From NCBI GenBank assembly GCA_965203355.1, contig OZ241889.1:1664001-1728000 (forward strand): a stretch of DNA of 64,000 bases, given 5' to 3'. The DNA is from Candidatus Latescibacterota bacterium. GTDB taxonomy: Bacteria > Latescibacterota > UBA2968 > UBA8231. Positions within the stretch are counted from its first letter, which is position 1. Each line of letters begins with the position of its first letter. Below the pieces are notes generated by a model. The model was not told the DNA's origin. It was given only the letters and a program-made list of their open reading frames with translations, and did not search any database. This document shows, piece by piece, positions 9,672 through 18,663 of this stretch. The position numbers and the translations under genes are program-made.

Positions 9672-10014
9672 AAATATAGAACGCCCAAAGTGCCACTGAG
9701 TTTCATAGGTAGTGATAGAGCACGTGCGAAAGCGAGGCCACAAGGTTCGAGGGCGACTACCGGCCCGTGCTGGCCACCGCTAAATAGCAGCGACTCATTG
9801 GCGGTAGGCGCGGTTTTTTTGCGCCGGGTCGTCAAGTCGCTGGCCAGGCCAAAGACCAACGAGCGGCTGGTTGCAACAAGATAGCGGCCAGCAGGAGTTG
9901 GAGCACCGTGGCTACGCCAACGGTTTTCCAAGGAATGGAGCAAGTGCGGTGGCCGCTGAGATAGGCTATGACGAGAAGAACGCAGTAGTCTAAGGCACTG
10001 TGGACGCTTAACAT
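9668..10014 (-). pseudogene. decayed NupC/CNT nucleoside transporter N-terminal fragment
   Basis: Frame 1 reads VLLVIAYLS..IPWKTVGVATVLQLLLAAILL. A second frame continues to GLAFARALSLPMKLSGTLGVLYL*. Frameshifted and truncated. Confidence 0.6.
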
Positions 10015-10322
10015 AATATCTTAATAAACAAAAGGTAAAACCGAAAAAAGTCAACCGCCCGCGCACCTTTAGCCGAGGGCGTTGAGGGCGCGTTGGACTA
10101 CCGAGCGCAGCGGTCCTGCGGATGGCCCGGAAGGTTGCCGAGGGGCTGGGCGCGCGTCGGCGCGGGAGCCGCGACTGGCCATGCGGGCGCGCTAGCTGTT
10201 CGCGTCTAGTTCGGGGCCAAAGCCACCGACGAGGACTTGGCGCGCGGCGCGGGCATCGGCGTATTCGAGAGGACGGAGCTTTTGCCAGTAGTGCGGGGGC
10301 GTCGGGTGCGGACTCTGCGCCG

Positions 10323-11057
10323 TCACGGCGAGGGCGCGCCGCGGTCTTGGGGTTCCCAGCCGACGAGTTCTTTGGCGTTGGCGAGGTCCCACTTTTTGTC
10401 CGCGCCCAGTGAGACTCCGTAGAAGATGCCGAATTGGGGCCGGGGGGCCTCGATGCAGCAGGCGGTCAACTCAGAGACATCGCGGGCGCTGAGCCAGCGG
10501 TTTTCGCCGGGCGGATAGGTGCTGTTGACTTCCTCGGTGTCCGGGTAGTTGGCGATGCGGAGGCAATAGGTGGAAATGCCGTACTCGTCGTAGTAAAAGC
10601 GGCCGAGGGCCTCGCCAAACGCCTTGCTGACGCCGTACATGCTGTCGGGACGGATCGGCATTTCAGGGGTGGTGTAGATGCCTTCTTTCTCGTAGAAACC
10701 CGTTACGTGATTGGTGCTGGCAAAGACGACGACCGGGACTTTGTTGATGCGGGCGGCTTCAAAGATGTTGTAGGTGCCTTGGATATTGGTTTCCAAGATC
10801 ATCTGGTTGTAGCGCGTGCGCGGATAGCCCGGCTGGGTGATGGCGATGCCGAGGTGGACGATGGTGTCGATGCCTGCGCAGGCCTCGACCATGTTCTCGA
10901 AGTTGGCGAGGTCGGAGACCGCGATTTCGTCATTTGGTTCGACTTGGGGGATGCTGCGGTGGAAGAGCAGGCGGAAGTCGTAGCGGTCTTTGAGGTGACG
11001 GCGCAGGCCCGACCCGACTTTGCCGGCGGCACCGGTGATGAAAAGTTTCTTCTTCAT
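10323..11057 (-). CDS. NAD-dependent epimerase/dehydratase (uronate dehydrogenase-like)
   Basis: ITGAAGKVG, FASTNHV, RPDSMYGVSKAFGEALGR, WLSARD. Confidence 0.85.
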   Translation of the reverse strand: MKKKLFITGAAGKVGSGLRRHLKDRYDFRLLFHRSIPQVEPNDEIAVSDLANFENMVEACAGIDTIVHLGIAITQPGYPRTRYNQMILETNIQGTYNIFEAARINKVPVVVFASTNHVTGFYEKEGIYTTPEMPIRPDSMYGVSKAFGEALGRFYYDEYGISTYCLRIANYPDTEEVNSTYPPGENRWLSARDVSELTACCIEAPRPQFGIFYGVSLGADKKWDLANAKELVGWEPQDRGAPSP

Positions 11058-11139
11058 GTCTCTTTCCTGTGTTTGGCGGCGTCTGTTGGGCGCGGTCTAT
11101 ACTATTTGCTTGGGCTACGGGGCGCAAGGCATTCGAGAA

Positions 11140-12399
11140 CTATTGGGTCGGATGCTGGGCCGTCAGGGACGCGAGGCTGCCCAAATTTCTCAGCGAGGGA
11201 AAAAGGCCCGTCCAAGCGGCGACGACCAGCAGCGTACCGATGCCACCGCTGACGACGGAGAAGACCGGGTTGAAAAGCTGGGCCACCAGCCCGGATTCAA
11301 AGCCGCCGATCTCATTAGACGCACCGACGAAGATGGCAGAGACAGCCTGGACCCGGCCTCGCATCTCGTTGGGTGTGCCCATCTGCGAGATGACGCGGCG
11401 GATGACCATGCTGACGTTGTCGAAAGCCCCGGTCAGTGCCAACATCAGCAGCGAGAACCAAAAGTTTTGCGAGAGACCAAAGAGAATGGTCGCCGCGCCA
11501 AAGCCCGCTACGCACCAGAGCAGAGTCCGGCCAGCTCGGCGAATTGGCGGTAGATGAGCGATGGCCAAGGCGGTGATGGTAGCACCGATGGCCGGGGCCG
11601 CAACCAGCCAGCCGAGCGCGGCTTCGGGTGCGAGACCGACGGAACTGAGGTCGATGATCTCGCGGGCGAAGATGGGTAGGAGGTACACTGCGCCGCCGAG
11701 GAGGACGGCGAACAGATCGAGCGAGATCGCGCCGAGGAGGAGCGGTTGGTCGCGGACGAAGCGCAGCCCAACCGCGATCTGAGCGAACATCTTGCCGCCT
11801 TGGATGCGCGGAGCAGGCGGCAAGATCATGGTGCCGAGGAAGAGGATGAAGGCCGCCGAGGAAACCGCGCTGAGGAGATAAGCGGTTTGGAGATTGAAGG
11901 CGATGACAAAACCGCCGATGGCCGGTCCGGCGATGCCGATGATCTGCTGCAAGCTGGTTGCCCACTTGGCGGCGTTTTCAAAGAGCGCGTCCGGTACCAG
12001 CAAGGGCGCGATGGCCCGTTGTGCAGGCCACCCTAAGCGGAGGAAGGACGAGTCCAAAAAGAGCAACGCGTACATCCAGTAAGTTGACATCTGGTACCAG
12101 CTAAAGACGGCCAAGCCCAGCGAAGTGAGTGTCGCACCGGCTAGACTGAGCATCATCAGTTTGCGGCGGTCAAAGACATCGGCTAGATACCCGGCCGGCA
12201 GGGTCAGCAGCAGCATGGGAATGGCTTGGACGAGGCCGACCATGCCGAGGGAGAGGGCTTGGCCCGTGCGGTCGTACACTTCCCAACCGATGGCCAAACC
12301 TTGAGCGGCGGTACCCATCCGCACCAGCGAGGAGGCGATGAGGTAGCGCCGGAAGAGCGGGACGCGCAGGCTGGAGTAGGGGTCGTGTCTTTTGTGCAA
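11140..12399 (-). CDS. MFS transporter
   Basis: Multiple hydrophobic helices, GYLADVFDRRK motif A, SLDLFAVLLGG, MRGRV. Confidence 0.9.
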   Translation of the reverse strand: MHKRHDPYSSLRVPLFRRYLIASSLVRMGTAAQGLAIGWEVYDRTGQALSLGMVGLVQAIPMLLLTLPAGYLADVFDRRKLMMLSLAGATLTSLGLAVFSWYQMSTYWMYALLFLDSSFLRLGWPAQRAIAPLLVPDALFENAAKWATSLQQIIGIAGPAIGGFVIAFNLQTAYLLSAVSSAAFILFLGTMILPPAPRIQGGKMFAQIAVGLRFVRDQPLLLGAISLDLFAVLLGGAVYLLPIFAREIIDLSSVGLAPEAALGWLVAAPAIGATITALAIAHLPPIRRAGRTLLWCVAGFGAATILFGLSQNFWFSLLMLALTGAFDNVSMVIRRVISQMGTPNEMRGRVQAVSAIFVGASNEIGGFESGLVAQLFNPVFSVVSGGIGTLLVVAAWTGLFPSLRNLGSLASLTAQHPTQ

Positions 12400-12505
12400 A
12401 TCAGCAGGGGTGTTAGTTATAGGCGTAGGTGCGGACGAGTTTGCTAAATTACCGGTGTGTATCTGGCCAGCGCCAGTGGCTCACCGTTGAGAAAGGAAGT
12501 TTGTC

Positions 12506-13738
12506 ATGCTGGCAATAGACGGAGGACCCAAGGTCCGCACGACGCCATTTCCCAAGCGGTATCTCTTTGGGGATGAGGAACGCGAGGCCGCGCTGCGGCT
12601 GTTTGCTGAAGCGCAGGAGCGCGGCAATGCAATCGGCTACAGCGGGCCAGAGGAATTGGCCTATGAGCGGGAGTTCGCCGCGTTTATGGGGGGTGGCTAC
12701 GCCGATTTGGTCAACTCGGGGACCGCGGCACTCTACGCGGCACTGGGCGCACTCAAGCTAGCAACGGCTGGCGAGGTGGTGATTCCACCGATTACGGATC
12801 CGGGTGGGGCGATGCCGGCGGCGCTGTTGTGCCAAGTGCCGGTGGTCGCCGATGCCGCACCGGGATCGTTCAACGCCGGGGCCGAGCAGATTGAGGCCGT
12901 GATAACGCCCTACACCCGCGCTATTGTCGTGGCCCACATTGCCGGTGAACCAGCGGATATGACGCCGATTTTAGCACTAGCCGAGGAACGCGGCCTACCG
13001 GTCATTGAGGATTGCGCCCAGGCCCATGGAGCGCGCTACAAGGGGCAGCTAGTGGGATCGCTGGGCACGGTGGCGGCCTTTTCGACCATGAGCGGCAAGC
13101 ACCACGCGACCGGTCCGCAGGGCGGGGTGGTCTTTACCTGCGACGAGGAACTCGGCTGGGAGGCCAAGCGTTTTGCCGACCGGGGCAAGCCTTTTAATAC
13201 AGATGCGACATCTAACTTGCGTGCCGGACTCAATCTCAACGGCAATGACCTGTCGGCCGCCATTGGCCGGGTGCAACTGAAAAAGCTCGATGCGATGATC
13301 GCCAAGCGGCGTCAAGTAGCAGCGCAAATCGAAGAGGCCATTGCCGATTGCAAGGCCGTGCGGTTGGGATGGAAGGTCGCCGAGTCGGAGGGAGTGTACT
13401 GGTTTATGTGCTTTCACGTGGATGCCGCCAAACTCCGGGTGGATAAAGACGGCTTTGCCCAGGCCGTGGCCGCCGAGGGCATTCCGGTGACAGCCACGTA
13501 TCGCCACATTCCCTCCGAGGCGATCTGGTTTAAGGAGCGGCAGGTCTTTCCCGGCAGCGATTATCCGTGGGGATTGTCGGCGTATAAGGGAGACCGCCAG
13601 GCTCAGTTCCCCTGTCCCAATGCCGTTGCCTCGGTTGAAAGCCACTTCATCCTGTCGATTCACGAGAATTTCGCCGAACAGGAGGTCGCAGATATTGCCG
13701 AGGCGTTTGCGAAAGTGGAGCAGGCGTATTGGCGGTAG
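12506..13738 (+). CDS. DegT/DnrJ/EryC1/StrS PLP aminotransferase
   Basis: LAIDGG, NSGTAAL, IEDCAQAHGA, STMSGKH PLP lysine. RBS GAAAGGAAG. Confidence 0.9.
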   Translation: MLAIDGGPKVRTTPFPKRYLFGDEEREAALRLFAEAQERGNAIGYSGPEELAYEREFAAFMGGGYADLVNSGTAALYAALGALKLATAGEVVIPPITDPGGAMPAALLCQVPVVADAAPGSFNAGAEQIEAVITPYTRAIVVAHIAGEPADMTPILALAEERGLPVIEDCAQAHGARYKGQLVGSLGTVAAFSTMSGKHHATGPQGGVVFTCDEELGWEAKRFADRGKPFNTDATSNLRAGLNLNGNDLSAAIGRVQLKKLDAMIAKRRQVAAQIEEAIADCKAVRLGWKVAESEGVYWFMCFHVDAAKLRVDKDGFAQAVAAEGIPVTATYRHIPSEAIWFKERQVFPGSDYPWGLSAYKGDRQAQFPCPNAVASVESHFILSIHENFAEQEVADIAEAFAKVEQAYWR

Positions 13739-13806
13739 GATACTATGGGCGCGGTGATGGGTGTAGAAGCGGAAGAAGGTCTTGGTCGTTCCCGGAGCCG
13801 ATTTAG

Positions 13807-14481
13807 CTAGGCAAATACGAGCGGTTGGTAAAAGTCGGGTTGGTGAAAGCTCGGATTGGGCGTATCTACGGGTGCCCAGCTGCCCCAGTGAGGGTGGGAG
13901 GTGCGGTCGCCGCACTTGTAGAAGTTGCCCTTCCACTGCGTACCGGGTACTGGCTTCTCGGCATTGAAGTACTGGGCGAAAAGGGCGAAGGGAATGCGAT
14001 ACTCGACCGCCCAAGTCGTGGGGGTGGTGATCTCGGGTTCGACGATCCTGGGGAGCGTTGTGGCGATGCGGATGGCGGCTCCGTCGGCCTCGCTGACGTT
14101 TTCGGTTGTTCGGCCTTGGGTGCGCTCGGCGGCTGAAGGGCAGCGGTGTAGGAGCATGGTGCCGCCGCAGTTGACCTCGAAATTGAAGTAGGCCAGCGAA
14201 TCGGGCCGGGGCGCGACGAAGAACTCGACGCAGGAGTCGGTGCAGACCGAATCTTGGAAGTGCTCGGCCACGGCGCGGACGTAGCGATCCTGGACGCGGA
14301 AGATAATGGATAGGGCGCGCTCGTCGTAGAGCAGGCGCGCCTGAGTGCGGGGGCGGTGGCCGGAATCTTCCCAAGGAAAGTGGGTGATCGCTAGGGTCTC
14401 GGCCGCCTGCCATTGGGGACGCTCCCAGTCGGCGTCGGGCCGGTCGAGGGCGTCGGTGCGATGAATAGTGTAGTACATCAT
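13807..14481 (-). CDS. carbohydrate-binding family 9-like protein
   Basis: DSCVEFF, YFNFEVNCGG, WKGNFYKCGD..HPHWGSW, FHQPDF. Confidence 0.8.
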   Translation of the reverse strand: MMYYTIHRTDALDRPDADWERPQWQAAETLAITHFPWEDSGHRPRTQARLLYDERALSIIFRVQDRYVRAVAEHFQDSVCTDSCVEFFVAPRPDSLAYFNFEVNCGGTMLLHRCPSAAERTQGRTTENVSEADGAAIRIATTLPRIVEPEITTPTTWAVEYRIPFALFAQYFNAEKPVPGTQWKGNFYKCGDRTSHPHWGSWAPVDTPNPSFHQPDFYQPLVFA

Positions 14482-14604
14482 GGAGGTAAAATACTCAACC
14501 GCGCAGCTCGGTGAAAGTGGTCTCGTGCTGTTTGACGGGGGGCACGACCTCCAGTATTTTCCTAACAAAGTGGAGCGACCGGCAATTGGCTGCGGGTCGC
14601 CTTT

Positions 14605-17600
14605 TTGCGAAAGGGATACACGTTGCGCCGAGCGACTTTTTTTGCTATTGCCGCGCTGTTCCTCGCCGGAGCAGCCCAAGCCCAAATAAAAACCATCGTC
14701 ACCGATCACTTCCGAGTCCATTATACGAGTGGGGCCGAGGGCACGGCACGCCGGGTAGCCGAAACCTGCGAGGAGGTTTTTCCCACCCTCGCGGCGGCCT
14801 ACGATTATTACGACGACTTTCGCACCATCCACGTCATCGTGCTCGACAACTCCGACGTGCTAGGCAACGGTTGGGCCAACTACTACAGCAATACCATGGC
14901 CATTTGGGCCACTAGCCTCGACTTTGAGCTGCGCGGCAGTCACGATTGGATCAAAAACGTGGTCGCGCACGAGTTGACGCACATCATTACGCTCAACAAG
15001 GCGCGCAAAAAATGGCCCTTCCAGTTCGCGCTGCTGACGGTCTCGCGCTTCGACTCTAATCCAGACATTACATTTCAGTTCCCGCTATACCATCTCAATG
15101 CCCCGCGCGGTTGGACCGAGGGCATCGCCCAGTACGGGGCGCAAAAATTCGGCTACGACTCTTGGGATTCACACCGCGACATGTTGCTGCGAATGGCGGT
15201 GCTCGAAGACGATCTGCTGTCGTGGGAGGAGATGGGCACGGTCTGGGATCGCATGGGCAAGTTCTACGGCGAGTTCGTGTACAATCAGGGCTACGCGATG
15301 ATGGTGTACATCCACCAGCAGTACGGGGCCGAAAAGGTCGATGAACTAACGCATCAGATCGGCTCGATGAGCTTCGAGCCAGCCATTCGCCGGGTGTTGG
15401 GCGTTTCTGCGGATCAGTTTTACGCGGATTGGGTTGCCTTCTTGGCCGAGAATTACGGTCGCCTCGAGTCCGAGATCCGCACGCAGGGCTTCTTTCAAGG
15501 CGAGTCGTTGGATGAGGTCAACGAGGGCGTGCTCGAATACCATCCCGCGCTGTCGCCGGACGGCAAAAAACTGGCGTATCTCACCAGCGAGAAACAGGAT
15601 TACGCGCTCACGGTGCTCAAGATCTACGACTTTGATACGCGAAAAACGACCGAGCTCAAGGGCCGAATCGATACGCGGATTGGCTGGTCTCCCGACGGGA
15701 AGGAGATCGTTTTTGTCCGCAATAAGGGCGGTTTTAACGACCTATATATCTACAATTTGGCCGAGGACAAGGAACGCCGCATCAGCGCCAATCTGCGCGC
15801 CAAAGACCCCTCGTTTTCTCCCGATGGTCAGCGCATCGCCTTTGTCCACAACAAGGACGGGACCAACAACCTCGGCCTCATTGATCGCGACGGCACGGAC
15901 GCGGTCTATTTGACCAACAACAACGACGCCACCCAATACATGGCACCGCGCTTTTCGCCCGATGGCGAATGGTTGCTCTTCAGCTTGTTCCGCGGCCAGG
16001 ACCGCGACATTGCGATGATCCGCGTCGATAGTCCGCCGCGGCCCAAGGTCCAGAAGAAAAAGAAGAGCGAAGCCGAAGAAGAAGAGGGCGAGGAGGAGGA
16101 AACCATAGAAGTCTTCCCCGACACGGTTGCCTTCGCCCATCCCGACTCGTCCGGGTTCTGGGCGGTCGTGGCCTCGCCAGCGGACGAGCGCGATCCGCAC
16201 TGGTTGCCCGATGGCTCGGGTTTTGTGTTTTCGTCGGACCAGAGCGGCATTTTCAACATCTACCGCTATCGCTTGGAAAACGGCGAATTCGAGCAGCTAA
16301 CCAACGTCGTCGGCGGGGCTTTTGTGCCAACTGTAGCCACCGACGAGCGCGTGATATACAGCGGCTATCACTCCAACGACTATAGCCTCTATAGCTTTGA
16401 GATGGGCGAATTCGAGCGCGATGCACACTTCGAGCCGGTGGCGATGCGCGACTATCGCTCCATCTTCGACGGCCCTGAGATCGCCGATCAGTTCGAGGTC
16501 GCAACGTACCGCGGTCGCAACGTCTTGACCTACATCCCGATTCTACAAGTCGGCCCCACGTATGTCGGCAACGCTTTTGGCCTCAATCAGGTCAGCGGCG
16601 GCTTGCAGTTTTCCACCGGCGACATGTTCGGTGGGCAGGGGTTGACGGCTTGGGGCATTGTCGGCAAGAACATGCGCAATGCCACCGATCTCAATACGGA
16701 TGTCGGCTTCTTCTACGAGCGTCGGCTCCGGCCACAAGTGGGCAACAACCGGACTTTCAACCCCTCATTCTACATAGCGGGCCGACGGCGCGAAATAGAC
16801 AACCTGCTCAAGAGCAATCAGAGCACGGTCGATACGCTCGAGGTGAGCACGGTCTATACGGTGCCCGCTGATTCGGCCACCAGCTTCTTGGCCATCCCAG
16901 ACGCCCGTCGATACGTCTATACGGGCACGAGCCGCGAAGACTTGTTTAAGACATCCTTGGGGCAACTGGCTGTGGGCATTGATGTGCCGCTGACTCGGCG
17001 AACCGAGTTGAACGCTCTCTACCTATGGCGCGACTACGCCGAGGGTTGGACCTTGCGCCACGCCCGCAGTTGGAACCGCATCTATCTGGAACAAGACAGC
17101 GTCGACATATCAGCCTCCTTAGATCCGTCGCTTTTGGCGCAAGATACCCTGTTGGTCGACAGCGAAGATCCGCGGGTCTACTACAGAGACCTCAGCTTTT
17201 TTCGGACGCATATGTTGAGCGCGTCTTGGCGCTACCAGAAGATCAACCCCACGGCCGACCGCTTGATCAATCCATCGGGCCGCTCCATGGCCTTGGTCTA
17301 TCGCTATTTGATGCCGACGGTGGCCGATTCGCTGACCGAGCAAACCCCTTCCGATGGAGTCCCCCGCGACCAGTTCGTCGGCGTTGAACGCCGCATGCGA
17401 GTCAACGAATACGTAGCCACGTACAATGAACGAATCCAATTGCCGTTCGACAATTCGCTCAACATTGAGCTACTAGGCGCGTACAAAAACGTCCGCCTCA
17501 AGCCCGGCTTTATCGAAGATGGCGGGCTGCTCGAGGGCCGCTACTACTGGCCGTTGCGCTACTATATCGGCGGGCGCAACTTCCTCAGCGGCTATCCCTA

Positions 17601-17985
17601 TTTCACCGACTGGGGGACCAAATTGCTCTACGCCCGCGTCGGCTACGGGTTTCCGATTCTCAAGCGCATTAGCAGTCGCTTTATCAATTTCAACTTTTCC
17701 AAGCTCTACGCCGAGCTGTTTGCCGAAGCTGGCGTGGTGGGCAATTTTTCGCGCTTTGGGGACATTGACTTCTGGTCGGGTAAGCGCTGGCGATCTTGGC
17801 CCAACACCGACAAATTCCTGACCGGCGTGGGCGGTGAGTTGCGGCTACAGCTTTTTACTTTCTACCGCATCCCGATGTTTGCCTATTTTCAAGTGGCGCA
17901 TCCGCTCAATCGCGAGCGGATTTCCAGAGACGCGGACGACCCCCTAATCGACAAATGGCGCTACTACTTTGGGTTCGGGCTGTGA
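14605..17985 (+). CDS. outer-membrane protein: zinc peptidase (HExxH) + PD40/TolB beta-propeller + Omp85-like barrel
   Basis: Signal peptide, AHELTH...WTEGIAQY, repeated SPDGKK/WSPDG/FSPDG, C-terminal YYFGFGL. Confidence 0.8.
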   Translation: MRKGYTLRRATFFAIAALFLAGAAQAQIKTIVTDHFRVHYTSGAEGTARRVAETCEEVFPTLAAAYDYYDDFRTIHVIVLDNSDVLGNGWANYYSNTMAIWATSLDFELRGSHDWIKNVVAHELTHIITLNKARKKWPFQFALLTVSRFDSNPDITFQFPLYHLNAPRGWTEGIAQYGAQKFGYDSWDSHRDMLLRMAVLEDDLLSWEEMGTVWDRMGKFYGEFVYNQGYAMMVYIHQQYGAEKVDELTHQIGSMSFEPAIRRVLGVSADQFYADWVAFLAENYGRLESEIRTQGFFQGESLDEVNEGVLEYHPALSPDGKKLAYLTSEKQDYALTVLKIYDFDTRKTTELKGRIDTRIGWSPDGKEIVFVRNKGGFNDLYIYNLAEDKERRISANLRAKDPSFSPDGQRIAFVHNKDGTNNLGLIDRDGTDAVYLTNNNDATQYMAPRFSPDGEWLLFSLFRGQDRDIAMIRVDSPPRPKVQKKKKSEAEEEEGEEEETIEVFPDTVAFAHPDSSGFWAVVASPADERDPHWLPDGSGFVFSSDQSGIFNIYRYRLENGEFEQLTNVVGGAFVPTVATDERVIYSGYHSNDYSLYSFEMGEFERDAHFEPVAMRDYRSIFDGPEIADQFEVATYRGRNVLTYIPILQVGPTYVGNAFGLNQVSGGLQFSTGDMFGGQGLTAWGIVGKNMRNATDLNTDVGFFYERRLRPQVGNNRTFNPSFYIAGRRREIDNLLKSNQSTVDTLEVSTVYTVPADSATSFLAIPDARRYVYTGTSREDLFKTSLGQLAVGIDVPLTRRTELNALYLWRDYAEGWTLRHARSWNRIYLEQDSVDISASLDPSLLAQDTLLVDSEDPRVYYRDLSFFRTHMLSASWRYQKINPTADRLINPSGRSMALVYRYLMPTVADSLTEQTPSDGVPRDQFVGVERRMRVNEYVATYNERIQLPFDNSLNIELLGAYKNVRLKPGFIEDGGLLEGRYYWPLRYYIGGRNFLSGYPYFTDWGTKLLYARVGYGFPILKRISSRFINFNFSKLYAELFAEAGVVGNFSRFGDIDFWSGKRWRSWPNTDKFLTGVGGELRLQLFTFYRIPMFAYFQVAHPLNRERISRDADDPLIDKWRYYFGFGL

Positions 17986-18131
17986 AACGCGCCGAGCGTC
18001 CGGTGGGCAACATCGATCTGCACAAGCGGGCCTTGCGGCTCAAGGTGATAGAAATGCTCGGCCTATACGCCCATCGCCGCCGCCTCGACGAGGCCCATGT
18101 GCGCTGGTATCGCTTGATCCAGCCCAACTGA
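17982..18131 (+). CDS. putative 49-aa small protein
   Basis: GTG overlaps the upstream TGA (GTGA). The ORF fills the intergenic gap: VKRAERPVGNIDLHKRALRLKVIEMLGLYAHRRRLDEAHVRWYRLIQPN. Confidence 0.35.
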   Translation: MKRAERPVGNIDLHKRALRLKVIEMLGLYAHRRRLDEAHVRWYRLIQPN

Positions 18132-18134
18132 TCT

Positions 18135-18656
18135 TCAAGTTCGGTCTCGTTGCAAGAGCCTGAGCGCGCGTCGGGCGTAGCTCAAGCTGGAGACGACGAC
18201 CAAGGCCGCCGCCGCTAGGCCCAACCCGGTGCGCAAACTGGCCGGGGTCTCCTCGACGACGTAGCTGAGGGCCGTAAGCGCCATGCAGACGGTTGTGTAT
18301 TTGCCCCAGCGGTTGGCGGCAATGACCAGCCCCTGTGAACGCAAGAGCAATCCCCCCACCAATACGATTGCCACATCGCGGGCAAAGAGCATCCCCAAAA
18401 GCCACAGCGGCAAATCGCGCCAGAACACGAGCCCGCCGAGCAGACAAGCGAGGAAAATTTTATCGGCCAGCGGGTCGAGTATCTGGCCGAGGCGGGAGAC
18501 TTGGTTGTAGCGCCGCGCCACCCAGCCGTCGCCGATGTCTGTGGCACCAGCGAGCAGCAGCAGCAGCACGGTTTGGAGTTGGGCCTTTTGGGCGATGAAG
18601 AAGAGCAGGAAGGGGATGAGCAGAACCCGCAGGACGCTGAGGAGATTGGCCAACAT
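18135..18656 (-). CDS. pgsA: CDP-alcohol phosphatidyltransferase (PgsA-like)
   Basis: ANLLSVLR, TDIGDGWVARR..SRLGQILDPLADK, WGKYTT. Confidence 0.85.
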   Translation of the reverse strand: MLANLLSVLRVLLIPFLLFFIAQKAQLQTVLLLLLAGATDIGDGWVARRYNQVSRLGQILDPLADKIFLACLLGGLVFWRDLPLWLLGMLFARDVAIVLVGGLLLRSQGLVIAANRWGKYTTVCMALTALSYVVEETPASLRTGLGLAAAALVVVSSLSYARRALRLLQRDRT

Positions 18657-18663
18657 CGTCGGG

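Noticed and set aside
13049-14413. 454-aa minus-strand ORF
   Set aside because: It overlaps two well-supported genes and has an Arg/Pro-rich non-protein-like composition.
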